DNA of 64,000 bases from Ophelia neglecta (Eukaryota), in assembly GCA_965285935.1 (NCBI GenBank), contig OZ260664.1, positions 45,756,001-45,820,000 of the forward strand, read 5' to 3'. Positions within the stretch are counted from its first letter, which is position 1. The number at the start of each line of letters is the position of its first letter. Positions 44,301 to 55,200 of the stretch are shown here, in pieces. The translations under genes were made by a program, and so were the position numbers. The notes beneath the pieces were generated by a model. It saw nothing but the letters and a program-made list of their open reading frames with translations. It did not search any database and was not told the origin of the DNA.

Positions 44301-47133
44301 TTAAGTTCCCTTCTTTCCCAGTTTCCATGTTTCCAGCAAAATTCCATACTAGCACACATTGTTTTTCTGATGGTAACAGGGCTTCTCAATGTATTTACAT
44401 TGAAAGTTCCCTTGTTTCCAGCAATCTTCAGTTCCAATACAGATAGTTGTTAGTTAGTGTTTCCCTGGGGTAACATGTCTTGTAATGTTTTTTAATGGAA
44501 TGTTTCTAGATTTTCATGTTTCCCCACATAGTCTATCTTTCAAGCAAATAATATAGATTTGTTCAGTATAAACAATATAGATATGTTTCTCTCAGCAAAT
44601 AGCATTATAATTCAATATAGATAATTACCATATCTAAATACTTTAACATTGATCATTTTGTGATGGGTACTAACATTGTTTCCTGGGAACAAAGTATGCC
44701 CCCATATGCACCTCGTAGATTTGATGACATATCTATTTTATAACAGGTTATGGTAGATGCCAAGTTGAAGCTGACAGCTGGAGGTTTCTCACCAGGGGAT
44801 CCGATGCCTCAGAAGGAATTACTTCGTGATGGTAACTGATTTGGTATAAAATGTACTGGGGATTAACATTTACAGAAAGTATAATTCAATGTGCTGGGAA
44901 ATATATTTTAGGTAATAGGAATATATTAGCTGTCTGTGATGCTTTTCCAAAATTCTTAAATACTTGAGACTTAATTACTACTTATATAAGTTAGTATCAG
45001 CTTTCTTTTACAGTAACAGTAAAAATGTTTCGGCATGTTTAAATAAGTAAAATTCATGAAAACCGCTTTGTCGTAAAATTAGAACTTGAGAATAAAATAT
45101 GTATTCACAGGGCCTACATCTCTCTAGCCACATAATTTAAACATGTGGGGTATCATTTTTGTGCAAAATGCAAGAAGGAACTAAAACCAGTGCAAACATT
45201 TTTACTGTTATAGTAGTATGGTTGTCCACATGACACCGTTTGTTCATGTTCCTGATATTTCAATTTTCAGCTTTTGCCAATGTTGCTGAGAACACTGCTT
45301 TTCTGGGAGACATTCTGCTAAGATTTCCAGATATGAGTCATGATATTTTAAGGAAAAATAAAGAAATGGATCTCACCTTTAAATGGAGTCTAAGTTTCAC
45401 AAATGAAACTGGTGTCTATGAAGGAAATGAATCAAAACTTCTCAATTTGGTAAGAAGTTACTAGTCCCAGATCATTAATTGAGCTACTTGATTCAGTAAA
45501 TAGCAACTGCATGATAATCATATAAACAAACCAATTAAGTTATTTACATGTCTTTCAAATGGAATTTGTTTGGGAGGAATAGACACTGCATGTACCCCTC
45601 TTTGGTGTGTAGGGAAATAGTAGAGCTCTGCCTAATGTTATCTATAATATAGATCCTGGGAATAATACAGGGGGTCTCTGATGGATCTAGCCTGCAGATA
45701 TTTTGTTTAAACCCTAGAGTAATATCAATTGCTTTTGGTTTATATAGTTGCGTATTGCCTCCACTATGGAAGCCAATATTAATATAAAACAAGCATGGAA
45801 AAATTATATATTTTTTTATAGTTTGGCATCATTTGATGTTGTTTGACATTGTTTGATGTTACCTAGAGCCACCATATCTGGTCATATTAGGTATTTCATG
45901 TATAGTTTTAGTAAAAAGAAGCCCAAAGTATCTGTAGAATTATGAGGACAAATAGTGATAATATTTAAGTATAATAAGTTGCTTGTGTTTTCGTTCAGAA
46001 AAAAAACCTCTTAAATGCCAATGGAAGGAAATTCCCTGTTATATGACCCTTTTTTTGACCATTTGACCACCAAAGCGTGGCCGAGTGGTTAGGGTGTCCG
46101 CCTCGCAAGTGGGAGATCGGGGTTCGCTTCTTGATCGGGTCAAACCTAAGACGCGAAAATAGGTACTGATAGCTCCCTTGCCAGGCGCCCGGTATTTCAG
46201 GGGTAATATCAAGACTGGTCAACCTGGTGTCAGTATATTGAGCCCACTGTCACAAGTAGGCACCGTGGCGATATGACCGATGAGTGTTGAAAGCCACGTA
46301 AAACCCCAAACAACAACATTTGACCCTTTGCTCTTTTTCATGCATTGTTTTAGGGTCATTTGACCCTTTGTCCTTTTTCATGTATTGTTTTAGGGTTATT
46401 TGACCCTTAATTTTTTTTCATGTATTGTTTTAGGGTTATATGACCCTTTGCTCTTTTTTATGTATTGTTTTAGCATAAGATATAATTAATTATTTATATG
46501 TTTAAAATTTAGACTTGAATACACAATAATTGATAAAAGTGAGCAGTGATTGTTAAGCCTCTGGGCCACTGGCCCTTGTTGTATATTGTAGATGGCCCAG
46601 GAGTTGGGAGTAGTTGAAAAAGATGAAAATTATGTAAACCCATATAGACATGAAAACAAAGAGGTGAGGATATTACAAATATAGCAAATAAGATGTTTTC
46701 AGCAAAGGATTTATTGAAGTATTAATTTTCTTTAACACATATTGGCTACTGCTGGGGCTTATGTGCAAGCTTGTGCAAGTTCAGGTGCAGTTATTGTCTC
46801 CTGCTTTATGTAGTCCACTACCTATCTATACCTGAGTCAAGCTCTTTCAAAGAAAAAAATAAATTGAAAAAAAAATTAACTGGGTAATTCCATTGCACTG
46901 ATTATTAAAAAGTCATTTTCCTTCAGCTAATCACACATGGGTGGCTTGGGAAATGCAGTCTACTGCCTACACAGTTTTTTTAATACACTTATTACTTTAA
47001 CTTTCAGGAAGCATTTGTTGAAAAAGAAGTAGACAGACTTTTAGAAGAAAAAATAAAAGAACTGGAGAGGAAAAAGAAAAAAAAGGAAAAGAAGAAAAAG
47101 GGTCCTAGACTCAGTCCCCGAGTAGAATTATAA
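41386..47133 (+). CDS. CCDC134: Coiled-coil domain-containing protein 134 (ER-luminal), complete, 239 aa; exons 41386-41521, 42469-42590, 44747-44831, 45271-45449, 46592-46663, 47008-47133
   Basis: Spliced ORF of 720 nt: signal-peptide-like MNLNGFVFMSLCSLSLLVQLGCTA, then FEMYKKLLKHKR, ENTAFLGDILLRFP, WSLSFTNETGV, MAQELGVVEKDENYVNPY, a Lys-rich coil and KGPRLSPRVEL* (KDEL-like end). Matches the human CCDC134 motifs as I recall them (ENTAFFGDVVLRFP, MAQELGISEKDSNFQNPF, KGPRISRSQSEL). Confidence 0.93.
41522..42468 (+). other. U12-type (minor spliceosome) GT-AG intron, intron 1 of CCDC134
   Basis: Donor GTATCCTT; branch-site core CTTAAC at 42450-42455, about 14 nt before the TAG acceptor; no polypyrimidine tract; splicing gives in-frame T|AC (Tyr). 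Confidence 0.9.
43092..44733. mobile_element. Foldback-like element with long imperfect inverted arms in CCDC134 intron 2
   Basis: GTGCATATAGGGGCATATTTTGTTCCCAGGAAACA (~43114) versus TGTTTCCTGGGAACAAAGTATGCCCCCATATGCAC (~44677-44711); TACCCCAGGGAAAC versus GTTTCCCTGGGGTA; GGGAACTTT...CATTGAGAAGC versus GCTTCTCAATG...AAAGTTCCC; internal GGAAAC(A) subrepeats. Confidence 0.7.
46069..46316 (+). mobile_element. tRNA-derived SINE, apparently full length, in CCDC134 intron 4
   Basis: A-box TGGCCGAGTGG at 46078-46088, B-box-like GGTTCGCTTC near 46120, CpG-rich body, 3' end ...TTGAAAGCCACGTAAAACCCCAAACAACAA with (AAC)n tail, flanked by the direct repeat CATTTGACC (46060-46068 and 46317-46325). Confidence 0.85.
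46318..46475 (+). repeat. 40-bp tandem repeat, 4 copies, directly 3' of the SINE
   Basis: Unit ATTTGACCCTTTGCTCTTTTTCATGTATTGTTTTAGGGTT. Confidence 0.9.
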
Positions 47134-48356
47134 TTATATATATTTCACCAGTCCCCGCTACCCCGCTTCATTATTTTGATGTGTTTTGACTACCAAGGCC
47201 AACTTTGACAGCATAGCTGGTATAACCTGGTTAACCAATGGTCGCTTTACAACTTGGTCTGGTTTGGACATTAGTGGATGAGAAAACGGTGATGAGTACA
47301 GGAGGAAAGTAGTTCAACAACTATTCCACAATCTCTCTAAAACTGAGCAATCATGCCCGCCATGTTGAAGTCCAAGCAAATTTCTCAAGACACCTTTGTG
47401 TGCTAGTCCACTTCTAAGGACATTGGAATAGCCTAAAACGTTCACCTTGGAAGCTCATCTCAGACTTCACCACTAACAGCTAACTGCTGAAGACACAATA
47501 TGACATATTTTAAGTATTAAACAATCAATACTGGCCTGGCTATCTGTTTATAACAACCATGTTGTATAGCAACTTCGTCCAAATACTTGGAAGTTGAAGG
47601 TAGCTTTTGAAGAGAGTTTTAGAACATATCATCATTTGCAGTAGCTATCTCCATGCCTCAACCACTGCTTTCTTCTCTACATCTCCCCTGAACAGAGCTG
47701 GCACCAGTTGGAGTGTTCTACAATATTATCCACCAGGCGCTTTCCATCTTGGGACTTCTGTTGATCTTGTTAATTTTCTACTCTCATTGAGCAGTGTACT
47801 ATGTCTATCTGAGCTCCAGTCAAGGGCCCTCTGAGTCCCTGTATCACAATCCACACATTTTGCATGCTGCAGTTTTCATTATATATGGCATATCAGCAAT
47901 TAAAGCAATTATATATTGATAACAAAATTTGGGGTGGCAGAGGTAATTAAAGGTTAATTTAAAAACAAATGATGTAAATACGTTTTTTATGAAGGTGGCC
48001 ATTATGCCTCCGTCAGAAGCCCTTCTTATGGCAGTCCCATTCGTCTGTTAACCCCTGAGATGCAAAAATTATAGTTTACATAGAAAGCAAGGTTCAGTAA
48101 AATAAAATCTGCTGGAACATTACAGCCAAAACAGAAGTGATATGCCAAATATAGTTGTTCCTACTTTTAACAGGTTTCTCCAGGTTATGAAGGAGAGACT
48201 ACATTTAAACACACAGAATAATGGTGCCATACTCAAGTCTTGCATACTCTGTTTCAGCATTTTTTTTTTCAAATATATTCATGTACTTAATGTACTTACT
48301 TGTACAGTATGGGATATTTTCTGTCCAAAGTTTACATGATACTTTTCCTGCAAATA

Positions 48357-48533
48357 CAGTGAAACCTGACAATTAGGGACAGCCAAGGGACTGGGAAATC
48401 TGTCCTCTTTTCTCAGTTATCCTTATTTCACAGGTTACTTTACATGTAAATTATTACAACTGTACTAAAAGCAATGTCCTAAATAGTCAGTGTGGTCCTA
48501 ATTTTCAGGTGTCCTTTAGGCCAGGTTTTACTG
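48357..48533. mobile_element. Tc1/mariner-type MITE, 177 bp
   Basis: TA|CAGTGAAACCTG ... CAGGTTTTACTG|TA; TIRs plus TA TSD. Confidence 0.85.
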
Positions 48534-51204
48534 TATGTGATTGTATGCAAGCCAAAAGCAATAAGTGGTTAAACACTTTAGGGCTTGTACTTGTCTCTCT
48601 TTGTAACAGGGCCTGGGACAAGTATTATGATTCCTGATACTTTCTTTGCCCATTCAAGCGAGATGCCCAGGCTTATCCTGAAATGTCATTCCGAATTTCT
48701 ACATGCGGGACAAAGCAGAAAGATGGTGACAGAGGTCCATATTACTATGTAAGATTACCTGGTGGGAACATGAGAAAAATAATATATTTTATGGTAAATA
48801 TAGTGAATATACTGCAATTTGGCAAAATACTAAACTTGAGACAATATTCGAGGCATTTAAGTTTGGTTTTACAATATTGAATGCCGTTTTCAGTCTGGAT
48901 GAGCCTGAATTAAATCCGTATTTTGAACTCATCCCCTCAACATATTTTTAATCACTGTGGCTGTTACAAGAAGCTTTAAAAGCCTCAGCAAACATAGTGA
49001 AACCACAGAATTCTCCACAAGCAGAAGCTCCCACCATATTCAATTGTTCCTAGTTCAAGTAAAAATTGGTGAAACTCGAAATAAATTCCTGGTCCGGTCC
49101 CTGTAACTAGGTGCATTTAGTCTAAACAGTATCTGTATTGTAGCACAGCCTGTACATTCATAAGTATTTGGGGAAATGTTTTAATTCTATGCTTCACATC
49201 AACAACAGAACAATTGTTTGTTTAAAAATGTGTTCATTTATTTTCCCATATTCCAAGCTAGAACTAAAGTAAAATTTAATTAGTTTTGACTGCACAGTAC
49301 ATGTGATATATGTCAATACTAGTTATACCCAAAACAACATGATCCAGCATGATTTGTATTAAATTGTACTGGTGTGCCATTTTAATCCTGTTTAGTCCCT
49401 TTATAAGCCATCATGCTGACTTTGAAACAAGGTTAACCTAAAAGTTGTAAGTTTAAATGACATCCTCTACATGTCTGAACCTGTTTTATACATGATACAT
49501 GTCAGAGAAAATATAAACATGCAAATCTTTACACTCCCCAGGAAAGTATCTAAGCAGATAGAAGTTACATATTTGAGTATGTACAATGTACAATGTATAT
49601 TTGTAACAAAATAAATAAAGCCTATTTACATAATCAATTTTCTTTTAAAATATGTTATCGTGAAATCGTTCCACTAGTTATATTGAACCAGACTCGACTA
49701 ACAATCTATTTGGTAAATATAAAACTGTCTCTACCATCACAAGGACTGGAAGACTGATCCCTGTGGTATTTCTTTCAAATTAACTTCTATGGGAAATGAT
49801 CATTTCATAATGAGGACACTGCCACATTAAATTCTACATTTACTGCACTTCATTATTAAGCTAATTAAAATATCAAAAGTTACACCATGTATGAACCCAG
49901 TATACAGCATGGTGCTGTGGTCTTGAGTGGTCTAGAGACCAGTCCTGACGCCGTAGGCCGAATGGCACACAGCCTCTTGGCTAGAAGGTATGCCTGGTTC
50001 AAGTATGGTGTGGATTTTATCAGATACATGAACATGTACTTAACAGAAGTACACCTGGGAAAGCAGATTATACAAAATAGTATTTTTTAAAATATATAAT
50101 GTGGTTACAATTAATATACTCTGGTTTACAACAAGGTGACTGCCTTTAGCCTGTTTTCTGGAATTGGTCTCAACTTATAATCAGATTAACACCAAGATTA
50201 AAGTGTTGATTAGTCCCTTATTTGCTAAGCAGGGTTTTTGGAAGCTGGATTTGGTCTTAAAACTAGTCATTTTGGTTCCAAAAACTGCTTATCAAGGGTC
50301 TTAGGGAATCATAATAGGTTAGTCTAATATTGAATGTTGCAGCCTTTTTATTATACTGTTAAGGGGCTGTTTGCAAAGTACTGCAAAAATAAAGCTAAAT
50401 TCATGGGATTTTATTTTCCAGATATATTAATGCCGGTACATCTGGCTATAAAGAGGGTGGATAATGTAAATGTGAATTTGGCAGGCAAGATACAAGCATT
50501 CACCAGGATATTGTTAATACATGATGTGATTTTAATGGTGGTAAATGGATTTCCTATGAATAAATCTACATAAATATGATAATATATTGGCTAAATGCTT
50601 CAAATCAATTGCTTAGTGGTGCCTAATAAGACCATTATTCTCTGAGGCCAGTGTATTTTATGTTACCAAGCCATTCACTGCCCTACATGTTATACTAGTT
50701 GTACCAAAAATTATGATCTAAAGTTACTGCTGCCTAATTCAGTTTATCCCTTATACTACTTTTATTGAAGCATACCCCTCCGTTTCCCTTTATACACCTA
50801 CTGTAATTTATTCTTTATTGGTTAAAACATTTCAGATTCCTTTTACAATCTTCAAGACCAGAAGGACGATAAAACTAAGTTCAACATATCTTACATATTA
50901 AACACAATTTTTTTTACATACTACTTGTATATCTACTGCTACATCAACACAATAAACACACAGTGTTTATACACCATCTACTCCTACACCAACAAAACTA
51001 ACAGCTTAATATTGCAATGGTTAATACATAAAAACAGACATTTGAAATCAGTTGAAATGATGCTTCCCTTCTGCTATTTATGTATCAAGTAGTACACTTT
51101 AATATGACAAAAATTATAGGCCCAAATGGCAATATCAAAAATATCTTTTATAGCACACAGTATTAGGATAATAGAATTTTTTCAATTTCACTCAATACAA
51201 ACTA

Positions 51205-51378
51205 CAGTGAAACCTGTCTATTAAGGTCAGACAAGGGACTGGATAAAAGTGACCTCATTACAAAGGTGACATGATTAGAAAGGTTAATTTGCATGGTCAT
51301 AAATGGGAAGAGGCTTGAAACCTATGACCTTATTTGCCTAGTGACTCTATGTTGTGACTGCTAAGACAGGTTTCACTG
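51205..51378. mobile_element. Tc1/mariner-type MITE, 174 bp, related to 48357-48533
   Basis: TA|CAGTGAAACCTGTCT ... AGACAGGTTTCACTG|TA; perfect 15-bp TIRs; shares CAAGGGACTGG with the 48357 copy. Confidence 0.85.
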
Positions 51379-52200
51379 TAGACAGATTTTGACGCTACCC
51401 AGTGTCACATAATTTTATGCCCCTAGCACATAATCAAATGAGCATGGTTGCCATTTTGTCCCTGATTATCCCAGTGTCATATGGTACACTATATTTGTAA
51501 TAAATGAAATTGAAACATACCCCTACACTGATTTAAGCATTATCCCTCTAGTCGAGTTGTGGGTTGGCCATTTTGTTTTCCTGATCAGGTCCAAACATAA
51601 TATCAATTCAACCTATAGAATGATGTCCCTAACATTAGAGTTAATCTTAAACTATCTCTCACCTTGGCCTTTTTTTCTGCTCACATTCGAAATATGATCC
51701 CAGTATCATGTGCTAAATTTGTGTGAGGTAATAAATAAACAACCATACCCCTGTTCCATGGTAAAATTAAAAATGCCTTATTGAATTTGAGACCTTTGTG
51801 TTTCTGATCACATCCAAATTCAATACAATGCAACTTACACCAGTCCATAGTATCCCTGTTGATATGAAGATATTTCAAATAGCTATCAGTGGATTATCAC
51901 AAATTGGTGTGGAAAACAGCAATGTATATACATGTATCTTGTCCAAAATCTAATATTTTCATTCCACTACAGTATTGTGTGCCACCTTTGTGTAAAGTAA
52001 TAATCAAATTCCTTGTGGTTTAAACATGATCTAACTAACGAAGTTTCTTGGACGGCAACAAGACATTGGGACTCTCAGAAAACATAATGGCTCTGGCGCC
52101 ATGTGGTAGAGGCATAAAAATCACCTTTTTATAATAAAATCTTTTACATGTCACAGTTAATAACTCAGTTTTAAAGTAATTTAATACTGTACACTAAGAA

Positions 52201-55200
52201 TCAACCTGTCCCATTGGTTCCCAGCAAAGCTGCTGGAGGTGTGAAAGTTGAGGCCGCTGACAATGTATGTCCAGATAAAGCAGTGAATTTGGTGGCCAGG
52301 GAGGACATATTGTGAGGAAGGAATGGTGGAACAGTAACTGCAGAGGAAATATGAGTAGTGTGTGCTAACTTCAATCTAACAAGAGTATCCCACGTCCCAA
52401 TAATGGCCCTGAAAAAAAGAAAATGAGGCATACAAACATTTTACAAGATAGTGGTGTAAAATAATTATTTTTTGCCTGGCTTTGATTTCACTAGAAGGAA
52501 CAAAACCATGAAATAAATAATCGTGATCCATGCATGTAACAAGATTCTTTAACGGGGTTAATTCAAACTTGATCGCAGCACTTTCAGTCAGGCTTGCTAA
52601 GCTGAATAGTTATTAAAATACACAACCTGCTGATGATTGATTCTGCTACTATGGGTGGAATGACTGAAAGGTGAAATAGCATCTGGCTACAAAGTGGATG
52701 AGAGAAACCAGTACTTACCCGACTATGCCGAGAATAATAAGAAAGGTGTCAAAGCAGTAAGCTCCCCTGGAGATAGTCCTGGAAATATTAATACAATATC
52801 ATTTAAAAAGTCTGATATTAAGATAGATGTTTTTTTTTTCAATACCACTGTGAAGTAAGCCAGGCTACCACACACAGATTAATCTTAAATTTATTAAATT
52901 TATTTTCCAGGTTAATGAAGAGCTGTTGCCGATGGCATACTGGGGGGATAACCAGTACATGTACTTCACAAATGTTAAACCCAGATGAGCATGTATATTT
53001 AAATAACACTATACCCCTCCATCAACAAGAAATGATCCAGGTTACCTAGCACCTCATCAAATAAAAGTTAGTTTATCCTAAGCCCAAGACTTACCCTTTA
53101 TATTTTTTCGACAGCTGCATGTGGAAGATCCCTGGGAGTGTGAAGGCCAACATCGTACAGCAGGTGGCGCCTATCAGAGCCATCAAGTTGGAGAAACTAG
53201 GAATGGCGCAGACCACTAGTCCTGTTAATGCCACCATGGAACAACGTAAAAGATTCTGGAGGTAGAAGCAGTCAACATTTAACTATTGGACATATATGTC
53301 TACCAATTATTCAAAATCATGAAATAACCAGTCATAAGTCAATTAATTTGCGGTTGCAGCTTTAAAAAGCTGCTAAAACTAAGTGACTGAAAATGTAATC
53401 TAAATCTAGATCTTATCACAAAATTTAATAGTTATACATCAATATTAACAGTCGGTACTATATACTCACCCCTTGCCAGACACTGTCTGGATTGGATAAT
53501 ACTTTTCTTTCTAAGATATTTATCACAGGAAACATCATAACTGAAATAATAAAAGTTAGTTTTCACCAAAAAGCATACATCATTATGTTTGATTCACTTA
53601 CATTGCTAAGTTCTAGACTCTGAATATTGGAAAACAAATTGGACAGAAGATTTTATCAATTATCAGATAACTTGCTTCACACAAGGTTACTCCTTGATTA
53701 TCATGCAGGTCATGCTGTGATTTGTTATGTTTCAGAGCAGCATTCGGAGGATGTCAATTTTGTGAGCACACCATGGGATGATAAGGTAATTATCAGTAAA
53801 ATACCTAAATTAAGTCACAGATTAAAGGCATGCTTCAACAGAGCCCCAGCTGCCATGGCCTTCCACAAGAGATTATTTAGAAACAAGTTATTACAAGCTA
53901 TCTGACCTATACAACCATGCAAGGTCACCGCAGGCTCTTAAAGTTATGTACACTTACCTGGATATGTAAAAAATAAGGATAAACACAAACAACTCTTCAC
54001 TATGATAGCAAAGTCCAGTGAAGCTCCTGAAAATATGTCAACAGAAAAAGATTTTGTGAGTGATATTGTTAATAGTTAACTCTCATGTCCCACTCTGCCA
54101 TTATTACTAACAACTAGATCTTATATAAAGATGAATTTTAAATTTTGCAACTTTGAAATATCAACACCTTACATGAGCATATTGTAGGTTTGAGACCCCC
54201 GTTGTGGGCAATATGTTTGTCACGGCACTTGACATTGAAATGATTAAGAAACAATTCATAATTATTTTTTCGACAGTCATTAACAGTAAATATTGCCTAC
54301 TTGCCCAAATGACATTACCAAAAATAAAGGAATCCCACTGAATGGCACAATTCCACTAAAAAGTAAATATTTCCAAAACAAGGCATGTTAAAAAAGCACA
54401 CTTAGATTTTGATGAAAAAATTGCTTGTCATTTTAAATTAGAATAGAACTCTTATGAATAAATGTTTTACATACATACCTTTGGGGAGGTTGAGAGTGAT
54501 AATTGGATTGGTTTCTGGCCCAAAGGACTGGAAGAGATAAATAATAAGACTTATGATCTAGATCCAACAATTAAGATTATCTACAAATAAATATATAATG
54601 CATGTCATTGGCTGTTATTTTGTAAGAGGTAGTAAGAGGCTATGAGCATGTCTGTATTAGTACGAGCAATAACAACAAAATATGTTATTCCTCTGTATAT
54701 AGTGCACAGTGCATAGGACACCAGTATTATTGTGGCAGACTGTATCAAACTGCTGAATGAAGTTGGCCTTTAATTCCAATAAGAGAAAATGATTCTGTAC
54801 ATTATAACAAATTTCTTATTTTGTTTTAATGGGTTTCTCATTTGAATTTTTACATAAACAAAAATTTAAGTTCAAATGACAGAAGCAAAGGTTGGTTAGA
54901 TGTTATTAGTAATTCAAATAATCTTCACTCCAGTTTCCTTGTTCAGCTGATATCCTACTCTCAGCCATCAATTAGAAAGAGTGGCTGACAGGTCAATAGT
55001 TTTGTCAGTCTATAGACCAAATATACATGTATGTGCTGTCACCAATAAAAGAGTCACAGTCCTGGGATTTTAAGCAAAATATACTATGCAAGAATGATAA
55101 ACAGGTATTTCTTACCATATATCCACACAAGCCAAATGCCAAGTAAAGTGAAGTCACAACTGTGAGCGTCCCTACAAAATACCTAAAGAATACAAAGGAA

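Noticed and set aside
46069-46150. tRNA gene
   Set aside because: A and B boxes are present but there is no complete cloverleaf, and it continues into a SINE body with tail and TSD.
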